The notes under the pieces: model-generated
Databases searched by the model: none
The model's input: the letters and a program-made list of their open reading frames with translations, nothing else
What the model was told of the DNA's origin: nothing
Position numbers and translations under genes: made by a program
Assembly: GCA_041690135.1 (NCBI GenBank)
Contig: JAWLHY010000016.1
Span: 32,001-96,000 of the forward strand
Length of the DNA stretch: 64,000 nt
Reading direction: 5' to 3'
Source: Armatimonadota bacterium
Lineage (GTDB): Bacteria; Armatimonadota; SYMT01
Part shown: positions 28,528 through 37,659 of the stretch, one piece after another
Position numbering within the stretch: position 1 is the stretch's first letter
Layout of the letters: each line of letters begins with the position of its first letter

Positions 28528-30441
28528 TCAGTACAGCCCTAACCGTTGCTGAAGAATGCCTGTACAGAGCACCGTCATCAGCACCGGGTCGGCGGCGGCG
28601 CGTTCCTGGGGCGATAAGGTGGGAAGGCGGTCGAGCCACTGTCGGAGTTTTCGCCCATCGAAGAACGGGACCGCGGGTGCGAGGGTCCGAAGCTGCTCCT
28701 CCAGGCGTGCCCCGACTTGCGGATTGCTGAAGCGACACAGGGGTGGCGCCAGGAACGGATGTTTCTCCCGGCGGTACACCGTATCCGTCAGCACCGGCCG
28801 GGCTGCTTCGCGCAGGACGTACTTTTCCACACCGCCGCGAACTTTCATACTCATTGGCATCTCGCGTATGAGTCCGGCGAGGGGGTGATCGAGGAACGGC
28901 ACCCGGCCCTCGACCGAATGCGCCATTTCCGTGCCGTCCCCCAGGGTGCGCAGGATGTAGTTCGCCAGAGCCGTCTTATTCCACAGGTAGAGGGACTGGT
29001 CTACGCGGCTACGGCCCGACAGTTGGCCCTCGACATCCGTCGCGGCGAGCAAGTCCGCGAAGGCATCGCGACCGCCGTGCTCCGCAAGGAAGTCCTCGGA
29101 GAGGACCTGGCGCATCCGGTGGCCGAAGGTCGCCTTGGCTTCCAGGAAGGTCGGTACGAAGCCGAGCCGGGAGCGGACCGACTCCAGCGGGAGTCCATCG
29201 CCGTGCGGCAGCATGATCCCCGCCGAGACCGTGTTGGTGGCAGCGAGGCGCTTCAGCACGCCCCCCTCGTCTGGCGTGTCGCTCTCTCCTACCATCAGGT
29301 CGCGTCGCAGGTGGGCGTAACCGGCCAGGATCTCGTCGGAGCCCTCTCCCGTCAGCACGACCTTGTAGCCGGCCCGCCGGATGGCGCGGGAGAGCAGAAA
29401 TTTCGCGGGAAGGTGACCGTTGATGGCCAGGCCCTCGCAGAAGGAGACCGCCTCGGGAAGGCACTCCACCAGGTCTTCCTGGGATACCCGCACCTCTTGG
29501 AGGACCGCACCCGCGCGCCGGGCGGTTTCCGCGGCGATAGCCAGTTCATCGTACGGGGCGGTATCGAAGCTCACGGTGAAGCAGTGCACCGGCGCGGAGC
29601 TGAGGCGGGCGGCAAACCCCAGGACCGCGCTGGAGTCCAGGCCCCCACTGAGGTGACATGCCACGGGCACGTCGGCCCGGAGCCGCAGCCGGACGGCCTC
29701 CTCCAGGCCCGCCCGGAACCGGTCAATCTGCTCCGCCTCCGAGGCCGGGCCGTCCGCTTTCTCACGCGGATAGTCGAGGTCCCAGTAGCGAGCGGTGCGC
29801 AGAGTATCCTCTTCCTGCAAGAGGTAGTGCCCCGGTGGAAGCTGCCGGACGTTCCGGAAGAGCGTGCGCTGGGGCAGCACATACTGCAGGGTGGCCGCAT
29901 GGAAGAAGGATTCCGGGTCCCACGCCGCCTCGGTTCCGGAGGCGAACAGCGCCTTCGCCTCGGAGGCTACTCGCAGCGTGCTCCGCTGCACGGAGTAGTA
30001 GAGTGGCTTGATCCCGAACCGGTCCCGAGCCGCGAAGAGGCGTTTCCGCCGCTCGTCCCAGAGCACGAACGCGAACTCCCCCCGCAAATACTCGAGGCAG
30101 TCCAGGCCATGCTCTTCGTAGAGGTGTACCAGGATCTCGCTGTCGCTTCCGGTCCGAAACCGGTGGCCCCGTTCCTGGAGCCGGCGGCGAATGCGCTCGA
30201 AGTCGTAGAACTCTCCATTGACGACCGCCTGGACCTGCCCGTCTTCGCTGGCAAGCGGCTGGGCGCCGCCCTGCAGGTCGATGATGCTCAGCCGGGCATG
30301 GGCCAGGCCGACGCTCCCATCCGGCGACAACCAAACCCCCTGCCCGTCCGGCCCCCGGTGGCGCATCATCCCCAGTGCCTTCTGCAGGGATTCAGGTTCG
30401 ACTGCGCTGTTCTGTGATTGGATGGCGATAATACCGCACAT
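28528..30441 (-). CDS. asnB: Asparagine synthase (glutamine-hydrolysing)-type amidotransferase
   Basis: MCGI N-terminal nucleophile, HRGPDG, RDRFGIKPLY, LSGGLDSS, VLTGEGSDE, EGRVPFLD. Confidence 0.9.
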   Translation of the reverse strand: MCGIIAIQSQNSAVEPESLQKALGMMRHRGPDGQGVWLSPDGSVGLAHARLSIIDLQGGAQPLASEDGQVQAVVNGEFYDFERIRRRLQERGHRFRTGSDSEILVHLYEEHGLDCLEYLRGEFAFVLWDERRKRLFAARDRFGIKPLYYSVQRSTLRVASEAKALFASGTEAAWDPESFFHAATLQYVLPQRTLFRNVRQLPPGHYLLQEEDTLRTARYWDLDYPREKADGPASEAEQIDRFRAGLEEAVRLRLRADVPVACHLSGGLDSSAVLGFAARLSSAPVHCFTVSFDTAPYDELAIAAETARRAGAVLQEVRVSQEDLVECLPEAVSFCEGLAINGHLPAKFLLSRAIRRAGYKVVLTGEGSDEILAGYAHLRRDLMVGESDTPDEGGVLKRLAATNTVSAGIMLPHGDGLPLESVRSRLGFVPTFLEAKATFGHRMRQVLSEDFLAEHGGRDAFADLLAATDVEGQLSGRSRVDQSLYLWNKTALANYILRTLGDGTEMAHSVEGRVPFLDHPLAGLIREMPMSMKVRGGVEKYVLREAARPVLTDTVYRREKHPFLAPPLCRFSNPQVGARLEEQLRTLAPAVPFFDGRKLRQWLDRLPTLSPQERAAADPVLMTVLCTGILQQRLGLY

Positions 30442-30454
30442 AGTTCGGGTATGA

Positions 30455-31405
30455 CTAGGAGGCGTTGCTGTGGGAGAGGGTCAGGAATACCTTCTTCGCT
30501 TCTCGACCGGAGGCGGCGGCAAAGGCTTCCTGGTAGGCCGCGAGGGGGTAGACCGGCCCCAACAGGTCTTCCAGTTCGAGCCCTCCGCCCGCCGCCAGAT
30601 CCAGGGCCGAGGAGAAGGGGGCGTAGTTCACCGCGTGAAAGGTGACTTCTTTCAGGACGGCGGCACGGAGGTCGAGGGCCACCGGTTGACAGGGACGACT
30701 TTTGAGCACCACTTTCCCGCCGGGACGCACCGCCCGTAACACGAAGTCCAGCGCGCTCTCCGTGGCCACAGTTTCCACCACAAAATCAAAGGAAGAATCT
30801 TCGACTTCATACGCGGATATACAAGGGTCATACGCGACCACGTCCGGGAAGCCCTGCGACTTGAGCAGAGTGAGGGTGAGTTGCGCGATGCGATTGTCGC
30901 CGTAGATGAGCCCGCGCGCGTTCGGTTGGAAACCGGCCTTCAGGACCGCCAGCGACGCCGCAATCGGTTCTGCATAAGCGGCCAGGGTGGCGGGTAGCTT
31001 TGGCGGGACAACGTACGCGTTCCGCTCCGGCACAACGACGTACTCCGCGAAGGCGCCGTCCAGGTCCACACCCAGCATGCGTGGATGGAGGCAGCGGAGC
31101 GCCGTGCCGAAGTCCGAGCAGCAGCCCCGGCACGTCCCGCACTCGATCCACGGCATTACCGCGACCCGATCGCCCACGGTCACCTTTCGGACCTGCTCCC
31201 CTACCCTCTCGACCACGCCGGAAAACTCGTGGCCGAGGATGAGCGGCTCCGGACCGGGCAGGCGTCCTTCCGCGGCATAAAGGTCCGTCCGGCAGATTCC
31301 GGCGACCTCCACGCGGATTAACACGTCATCCACGGCCCGAACCTCCGGTGGAGGCACCTCATTAAGGGTCGTCTTTCCACCGCTGCGAATTACTGCCTGC
31401 ATCAT
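30455..31405 (-). CDS. Zinc-binding alcohol dehydrogenase (MDR family)
   Basis: GICRTD, GHEFSG, structural Zn site CGTCRGC...C, GAFAEY. Nucleotide-binding loop is atypical (IYGDNRIA). Confidence 0.88.
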   Translation of the reverse strand: MMQAVIRSGGKTTLNEVPPPEVRAVDDVLIRVEVAGICRTDLYAAEGRLPGPEPLILGHEFSGVVERVGEQVRKVTVGDRVAVMPWIECGTCRGCCSDFGTALRCLHPRMLGVDLDGAFAEYVVVPERNAYVVPPKLPATLAAYAEPIAASLAVLKAGFQPNARGLIYGDNRIAQLTLTLLKSQGFPDVVAYDPCISAYEVEDSSFDFVVETVATESALDFVLRAVRPGGKVVLKSRPCQPVALDLRAAVLKEVTFHAVNYAPFSSALDLAAGGGLELEDLLGPVYPLAAYQEAFAAASGREAKKVFLTLSHSNAS

Positions 31406-31445
31406 CCCCACCTTCGGCGCTCCTGCTCCTGGTCGTTTATCGGCC

Positions 31446-31553
31446 AATCGCGGTGAGCACACGATACCCCAATCGCGGGAGCCGTGTCCGCGATTTCGGC
31501 GTGCTGCTCCTCTGCTTTAGGATGCGGCAGGCGGCGTGACGGCAGCGTGACGG
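31446..31553. promoter_or_regulatory. Repeat motifs upstream of the biosynthetic operon
   Basis: AATCGCGG at 31446 and 31471 plus inverted copy CCGCGATT at 31488; GCGTGACGG direct repeat at 31534 and 31545 (11-bp period). Confidence 0.45.
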
Positions 31554-31580
31554 GCAGGAGGTGGGGAGCGTAACCGGGGG

Positions 31581-33014
31581 TCAGGATGCGGCTAATTCAC
31601 CCAGGCGGGCGAGGGCGGCTTCTACTTCGGGGGTCCAGCAGGAGGCGTTCAGGCGGAGGAAGTTGCGGTAGGCGCCCTTGGGGGAGAAGATGGGGCCGGG
31701 AGCGAAGGTGATGCCTTCTTTCAGGGCTCGCTGGTAGAGGTGCAGGGCATCGATCTGGGGCGGCAGCTCAACCCACACGATAAACCCGCCCTCGGGCCGG
31801 GTGGCGCGGGTGCCGGCGGGGAAGTAGCGTCGCACCGCCTGTGCCACTAGGCCCACCTGCCGGGCGTAGATGGCCGTCACCCGGCGGAGATACCGCTCGT
31901 AACCGCCGGCACCCAGGTACTCGGCGATGGCGAGCTGGGGCAGCGTGGCCGTGGAGAGGCTGTGGCAGAACTTGAGGTGCTCCACCTGCCGGAAGAAGCG
32001 GCCGGGCGCCACCCACCCCACCCGGTAGCCGGGGGTGAGCGTCTTGCTGAAGGAGGAGCAGAGCATCACCAGGCCTTTCCGGTCCCAGGCGCGAGCGACT
32101 TTCGGCCGTGGGGTGCGATGGGAGAGGTCCCCGTAAATATCGTCTTCGATAAGAGGGATTTCACGCCTCGCCAGCATCTCGACCAGCTCGGCCCGCGCTT
32201 CGTCCGGCATGCATGCCCCCGTGGGGTTGTTGAAGTTGGCGATCAGGCAGGCGCGGATCGGGTGGTGATCCAGGGCGTAACGGAGGGTGTCGAGGTTGAT
32301 CCCGGTGCGCGGATGCGTGGGTAGTTCCAGGGCCTTCAGTCCGAGGGCCTCGATCGCCTGGAGGATCCCGTAGAAGGTGGGAGATTCGATCGCCACCGTG
32401 TCCCCCGGACGACAAACGGCCTGGAGGCAGATTACCATGGCTTCCTGGCAGCCAAAGGTGGTGACGATCTCCTCCGGGCGGAGCTCGCAACCTGACGCAA
32501 GTGCCCGGCGCGCGATCTGGACCCGCAGTTGTTTGCATCCGGGCGGAACGTCGTAAGACATGCCGCCGCCCTCCACATCGCGCGAGAGGTTGTGCAGCAG
32601 GCGGTTCAGCTTCTCGCTCGGCAACAGGCTCATATTGGGCACCGTGGCCGCCAACTGCACGAGGCCGGCACAGGCGGTGTCCTTGAGCACCCGCAGGCAG
32701 AGCTCTCCCATCGTGACCTGAGTCGGATCGAGATCCGGCTTCGAGCAAGCGGGCTCCGCGGGTCGCTCCGTTACCCGCGGTGCGACAAAGTAGCCGGACT
32801 GCGGGCGAGCCTCAATCCAGCCGTCACTCTCCAGTAGGCGGTATGCCTCGAGCACAGTCGTGATGCTCACGGCCCGCTGCCGGCTCTGGTCCCGCACGGA
32901 CGGGAGGCGGTCGCCGGGACGGAGCGTCCCCTCCTGGATCAATCGCAGGATCTGGTCGGCGATCTGCTGGTAGAGGGTTTCCGCGGAAGAGAGAGTAGTG
33001 AGTGGGCTCGCCAT
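31581..33014 (-). CDS. MocR/GntR-family regulator with PLP-dependent aminotransferase domain
   Basis: LYQQIADQI...LRPGDRLPSVR...VSITTVLEAY..LE..GWIEARPQSGYFV; IEDDIY; SSFSKTLTPGYRVGW. Confidence 0.93.
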   Translation of the reverse strand: MASPLTTLSSAETLYQQIADQILRLIQEGTLRPGDRLPSVRDQSRQRAVSITTVLEAYRLLESDGWIEARPQSGYFVAPRVTERPAEPACSKPDLDPTQVTMGELCLRVLKDTACAGLVQLAATVPNMSLLPSEKLNRLLHNLSRDVEGGGMSYDVPPGCKQLRVQIARRALASGCELRPEEIVTTFGCQEAMVICLQAVCRPGDTVAIESPTFYGILQAIEALGLKALELPTHPRTGINLDTLRYALDHHPIRACLIANFNNPTGACMPDEARAELVEMLARREIPLIEDDIYGDLSHRTPRPKVARAWDRKGLVMLCSSFSKTLTPGYRVGWVAPGRFFRQVEHLKFCHSLSTATLPQLAIAEYLGAGGYERYLRRVTAIYARQVGLVAQAVRRYFPAGTRATRPEGGFIVWVELPPQIDALHLYQRALKEGITFAPGPIFSPKGAYRNFLRLNASCWTPEVEAALARLGELAAS

Positions 33015-33074
33015 TTCAGGAAAGTGTACCCTGCGAACTGTCCGGCGGAAAGGTACAGATCTCCGTTCCGCCTA

Positions 33075-33109
33075 CCAGTACAGTGGTATGAAATGGGTTA
33101 CTGTGCTGG
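33075..33109. promoter_or_regulatory. Putative MocR operator
   Basis: CCAGTACAGT-N15-ACTGTGCTGG inverted repeat; TGTACC/GGTACA pair at 33025 and 33052. Confidence 0.55.
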
Positions 33110-33158
33110 CAGAAATTGCCTGGGAGTGTGTCTACCCGGTTTTTCCAGCTTCCGTAAA

Positions 33159-33467
33159 ATGGCAGCCATGGAAACCTATCGCCAAACTCTACCGGCTCGA
33201 TCCACTCTCCGCCTACCGGCGGCGACGGTCGCTGTTTCTCTGAAATTGGCGCGCGGAGCCGTGCGTGCCGTTGCCGCCGCCCCGGGAAGCGTCATCCACT
33301 GCCTCCAGGGGGAGTGCTGGCTTACCCGGGACGGCGATCCGCGGGACTACCTGCTGCGGGCCGGAGACTCGCAGGTCGTCTCCGAGCGTGGCCGCTGGGT
33401 GATCCAGGCACTTACAGACTGTCTTGTGGAAGTGCGTGAGGAACCAGTATCCCGCCGCCGGGGATAA
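33159..33467 (+). CDS. DUF2917 domain protein
   Basis: IHCLQGECWLTRDGDPRDYLLRAGDS...VIQAL; divergent from the MocR gene; start 33159 or 33168. Confidence 0.8.
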   Translation: MAAMETYRQTLPARSTLRLPAATVAVSLKLARGAVRAVAAAPGSVIHCLQGECWLTRDGDPRDYLLRAGDSQVVSERGRWVIQALTDCLVEVREEPVSRRRG

Positions 33468-33588
33468 GGTGAGTGTGAACCGGGGCAGGTCCTCCCCGTC
33501 CCAAGTGGGATAACACTGCCGAGTGCGGTGGCCGGGGCGACTGCATGTCCAGGTGCGTTAGCTCTGGCAGGTGCGGTAATCAGGGAAA

Positions 33589-33646
33589 CCTCACCCCCGC
33601 CACCCGCTCCGCGGGTACCCGGCCTCTCCGGCGCAGAGAGGGGGAG
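33589..33646 (+). repeat. REP-like hairpin carrying a nested micro-insertion
   Basis: CCTCACCCCCG[CCACCCGCTCCGCGGGTACCCG]GCCTCTCCGGCGCAGAGAGGGGGAG. Confidence 0.6.
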
Positions 33647-33936
33647 CCCGCGCTTGGATCGGAACTGGGATTGCAGTTCCGAATTGACGCAGGGACGCAC
33701 AAGGCTGACGCACGTTGGAGCAAATGCCCCCAAAGGTACGGGACAACTATTGGCGGCACGCGTGAAGGTAGGGAGTGTCGGTCCATTGCCGGCGTTGCTC
33801 TGGGTCCGCATACTTCGTGGCGTGTGGGTCTACACGAACGCGGAGGAAGTTTGCCGCGAGGAGGTGGAAGTACGCGAGGGCCACACTGGCGCGGCCCGCT
33901 CCGGCTTATCCGGGCATTCCTATCCGAGGACCGGCG

Positions 33937-36126
33937 ATGAAGGTTTCCCTGCTGATGTTGGCTGCGGCCACTGTGGTCGCAGTCGCGCCCAACTCACGAC
34001 CGGCTCCGACCGGCCTGATGTGCGAACTGCTGGCAGAGCCGGACCGGGCGGCGATTACGGACTCTTCTCCCGAGTTCACCTGGATCGTGCCGGGAGAGCG
34101 GAAGGACGAGGTGCAGACCGCCTATGAAATCCGGGTCGCTTCTTCGCCCGAGTTGCTGGAGTCGGCGAAGCGGAGCCTCTGGAGCAGCGGGAAAGTCCGA
34201 TCGGATCGGAGCACGGCCGTCACGTATGCCGGGCGCCCGCTGGAGTCGAACCAGACCTACTGGTGGCAAGTCCGCACCTGGAACCGCGGCGACAAAGCGA
34301 GTCCCTGGTCCGTGCCACAGCGGTTCCGCACCGGCGTGCTGCGGTCGGCGGGAGCGGCAGCGGGTACGCGCAAGCCGCAAGAGCGCATCACGGTGACCCG
34401 CTATCCACTGGTGCGTTCCGAAGTCGCCCCCACGGCCGTGACGCAGATGGGAGACGGGCACTACTTCCTGGACTTCGGCCGCGCGGCGTTCGCGGGTCTG
34501 CGCCTGACGCTCGATAATCCCCAGCCGGGCCGGCGGGTCGTGGTCCATCTGGGCGAAGCGCTGGACGGGCCGCGCCGGGTCCATCGCAAACCGGGCGGCT
34601 CCATCCGCTATCACCGGGCGGAAGTGGAACTGCAGCCGGGCCGTCACACCTACCTGGTGCCGCTGGGACCAAAGGACGGGCGCGAGATGCCAGCCCACAT
34701 TGGACCCGTGATGCCCTATCGGTATGCGGAGATCGAGAACGCCCCCGCGCGCCTGGATCGGGAGAGCGCGCGCCAGTTGGTGGCCCACTACCCCTTCAGC
34801 GACACCGCCGCGCGCTTTACTTCTTCGGACCGCAAGTTGAACGATATCTGGGAGTTGTGCCGCTACAGCATGAAAGCGACCAGCTTCTGCGGGGTGTACG
34901 TGGATGGGGACCGCGAGCGGCTACCCTACGAGGCTGACGCTTACATCAACCAACTCGGCCACTACGCCAGCGACCGGGAGTTCACGCTGGCGCGCTACAG
35001 CCACGAGTACTTGATGCAGCACCCCACCTGGCCCACGGAGTGGATCCTGCATTCTCCGCTGATGGCCTGGGCGGACTACATGCACACCGGCGACGCCGAC
35101 AGCCTGGCGGAGTTCTATCCGGACCTGAAGGCGAAGACCCTCCTCGCCCTGGCGCGTCCGGACGGCCTTGTCAGCACTGTGGAACGGGGCGTCTCCAAAG
35201 AGGTTCTCGCCTCGGTGTACTCGACACGGATGCGCGACATCGTGGACTGGCCGATGGCGGAGCGGGACGGCTACGAGATGCGGCCCGTGAACACGGTGGT
35301 CAACGCCTTCCACTACCGGTCGCTGGTCCTGATGGCCCGGATCGCGGAAGCGCTGGAGAAGCCGCAGGAAGCGAGGGAGTTCCGCCAGGCGGCGGAGCGC
35401 GTGGCGAAGGCGATCAACACGCGCCTATTCGACACGAAGGCGGGCCTCTATGTGGACGGAGAGGGCAGCGCGCACAGCTCTTTGCACGCCAACCTGTTCC
35501 CCCTCGCGTTTGACCTGGTGCCGGCGGACCGGCGGGCGAAGGTGGCGGAGTTCGTGCGGTCCAAGGGGATGGCGTGCAGTGTCTACGCGGCGCAGTACCT
35601 GATGGAGGCCCTCTACACTGCGGGGCTGGACGACCACGCCCTGGCGCTGATGACCGCGCCCGGCGATCGAAGCTGGGCGCATATGGTTTACGACGTGGGC
35701 ACCACCATCACCCTGGAGGCATGGGACAACAAGTACAAGCCGAACCAGGACTGGAACCATGCCTGGGGAGCGGCGCCGGCCAACATTATTCCCCGGTTCG
35801 TAATGGGCGTCGAGCCGCTCGAGCCCGCTTTCCGCACGGTCCGGATCCGGCCGCAGCCCGGCAACCTGGAACACGCCACGCTGGACCTGCCCACCGTACG
35901 CGGCCCGATCCATGTCGCCTTCCAGGCCGGGTCCCAACAGTTCGAGCTCACCGTCCGCCTTCCGGCGAACACCCGGGCGGAGGTCCACCTCCCCCGCCGC
36001 GGCACCACGGCCGGCGAGGTGCTGGTCGACGGCAAGAAGCGCAAGGCGCGGGTTGAGGGGAGCTTCCTGGTGGTGGAGGGCATCGGGTCGGGCGAGCACC
36101 GGTTTGCGCTCCCCGCCTCCAGATGA
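33937..36126 (+). CDS. Alpha-L-rhamnosidase (GH78), secreted
   Basis: Signal peptide; QTAYEIRVAS...LW.SGKV; YVDGDRERLPYEADAY; EAWD...WNHAWGAAPA. Confidence 0.88.
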   Translation: MKVSLLMLAAATVVAVAPNSRPAPTGLMCELLAEPDRAAITDSSPEFTWIVPGERKDEVQTAYEIRVASSPELLESAKRSLWSSGKVRSDRSTAVTYAGRPLESNQTYWWQVRTWNRGDKASPWSVPQRFRTGVLRSAGAAAGTRKPQERITVTRYPLVRSEVAPTAVTQMGDGHYFLDFGRAAFAGLRLTLDNPQPGRRVVVHLGEALDGPRRVHRKPGGSIRYHRAEVELQPGRHTYLVPLGPKDGREMPAHIGPVMPYRYAEIENAPARLDRESARQLVAHYPFSDTAARFTSSDRKLNDIWELCRYSMKATSFCGVYVDGDRERLPYEADAYINQLGHYASDREFTLARYSHEYLMQHPTWPTEWILHSPLMAWADYMHTGDADSLAEFYPDLKAKTLLALARPDGLVSTVERGVSKEVLASVYSTRMRDIVDWPMAERDGYEMRPVNTVVNAFHYRSLVLMARIAEALEKPQEAREFRQAAERVAKAINTRLFDTKAGLYVDGEGSAHSSLHANLFPLAFDLVPADRRAKVAEFVRSKGMACSVYAAQYLMEALYTAGLDDHALALMTAPGDRSWAHMVYDVGTTITLEAWDNKYKPNQDWNHAWGAAPANIIPRFVMGVEPLEPAFRTVRIRPQPGNLEHATLDLPTVRGPIHVAFQAGSQQFELTVRLPANTRAEVHLPRRGTTAGEVLVDGKKRKARVEGSFLVVEGIGSGEHRFALPASR

Positions 36127-36481
36127 ACGCAGCTCACCCGAGGTCGGGCGCAACTGAACCCGACGGAAGGTAATCAGGGAAACTGTTTCTGCCCGCGGAA
36201 AACGCGGAAGGACGCGGAAGAATTGGGAAAGCGGAACAAACTGACTCGCTCCAAGAGTTCGTGGATGCACGGTTGGAGTCGCGCACGGCTGGACGGGTGC
36301 GAACTTCCGCTCTTTCGGCCCCCTAACCCCCAATCCTGGGGGGATGGCGCATCTTCCGCCAGCTACCGGGTTTCATCCATTGCATAACCCAGGGATGCCC
36401 GTCTCCGACGAACCGTGCTTGAGGGGATCACCTCAGGTAGGACCTGCGCTAGCCATCGGAACAAGCGTAGCAAGCGCCGTA

Positions 36482-37444
36482 TCAACTGGAGGAAGCCACC
36501 TTGCTTGCCGGGTCCAGCATTGCAGTGAGCTCATCCAGTTGCCTTTGCAGTATGCGCAGCCAGCGAGCTTCTCCGCTGGCTGCGGCGATCTCGACGGCCT
36601 GCTTGAGAAGCGGCAGTTTGCGCTTCGGCCGCTTGAGGACCTCCGCGGCCGCTATTGCCGAAAGGGCCTCGTGCAGGTCCATGCCCGACCGGGGCTTGAG
36701 CAGTGCCACGAGTTTCTCCCGCTCACCGAGGCGGAGCCGGCATTGCTGCATCTCTACGAAGGCGGTCTGATGCGCCGGCCCAAAGCGACTGCAGCAGTCG
36801 AACGCCAGCACTGCCTGCGCGAGCGTCTCCTCACGTGTCGCCAAGACAACTCCCAGCCAATAGAAGGCTCTTGGTAGATCCGGGTATTGGCCCGCGCTCT
36901 CGGCATAGACGAGAGCCTCCTTGAGGAACGACGCGGCGGCATCCAGCAGGTAGGTGGCGTCCCGATCAACCCATGTGCCGTGGAGGTGCAATAAGCCGAG
37001 GTCAATCAAGATTCGGCCCACGGACCGGCGATGCCGCGCCTGCCGGGCTTGTGTGAGTGCAGTGTGGAGGAGGTCCTCCGCCTCGGAGAAGTGGGTAGCC
37101 TTAACCTGTAGACGCGAAAGCTCCACGCAGGCTGCTGATCGCGCGATTCGGATCTGCGTCAGGTCCGCTCCGGTCTCGCGCGCAGCCGCCTCCTGTTCGT
37201 CCAGGCTCTGGAGAAAGGTCCGGCAGTAGACCTCTTCCGGACCCGGCTTTCGCGAGCGGCGCAGGCGATTTCGCTGCTCCTCCGGCATCCGCGCAACCGC
37301 CTGGCTGACTTTCGAGTGGCCCTCCTGGAACTCGAGTGCCAGCGCCTCGTCGTCGTCAACAGGCACACCCAGCCGGCGAAGGTTCTCGACGATTTCCTTC
37401 CCCGAGCGGGGAGTGGCTTGCCCCGAAGGCGTTTTCGGTTCCAC
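36482..37444 (-). CDS. Hypothetical TPR-like helical protein
   Basis: FSEAEDLLHTAL...ILIDLGLLHL, AFYWLGVVL. GTG start at 37444 is estimated. Confidence 0.55.
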   Translation of the reverse strand: MEPKTPSGQATPRSGKEIVENLRRLGVPVDDDEALALEFQEGHSKVSQAVARMPEEQRNRLRRSRKPGPEEVYCRTFLQSLDEQEAAARETGADLTQIRIARSAACVELSRLQVKATHFSEAEDLLHTALTQARQARHRRSVGRILIDLGLLHLHGTWVDRDATYLLDAAASFLKEALVYAESAGQYPDLPRAFYWLGVVLATREETLAQAVLAFDCCSRFGPAHQTAFVEMQQCRLRLGEREKLVALLKPRSGMDLHEALSAIAAAEVLKRPKRKLPLLKQAVEIAAASGEARWLRILQRQLDELTAMLDPASKVASSS

Positions 37445-37459
37445 CGTAGCAGTCCTCTG

Positions 37460-37541
37460 CCGCCACTTCGGGGCTTTTCTTGTACGCCGTGGGTCCGGGG
37501 GTTCACACCCCCGGCTATGGTCCCACCGCCCCTCCGGGGCT
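37460..37541. repeat. REP-like composite element
   Basis: CCGCCACTTCGGGGCT and CCGCCCCTCCGGGGCT flank the hairpin CCGGGGGT-TCAC-ACCCCCGG. Confidence 0.6.
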
Positions 37542-37659
37542 CTATCGCTTCGTGTACGGAACCGTTCTGACCGGCTATCTGGAGTGCCGGGTGAGCCCGG
37601 CACTCCATAAGAACGTCGTAAACGAGACTGTAAACGACCGGGTGATGCCGGCCCAGAGG

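Noticed and set aside
28717-30417. Long antisense ORFs (also 25465-26754, 37480-39048, 45409-47220)
   Set aside because: These are shadow ORFs opposite well-supported genes, as expected from high-GC codon bias.
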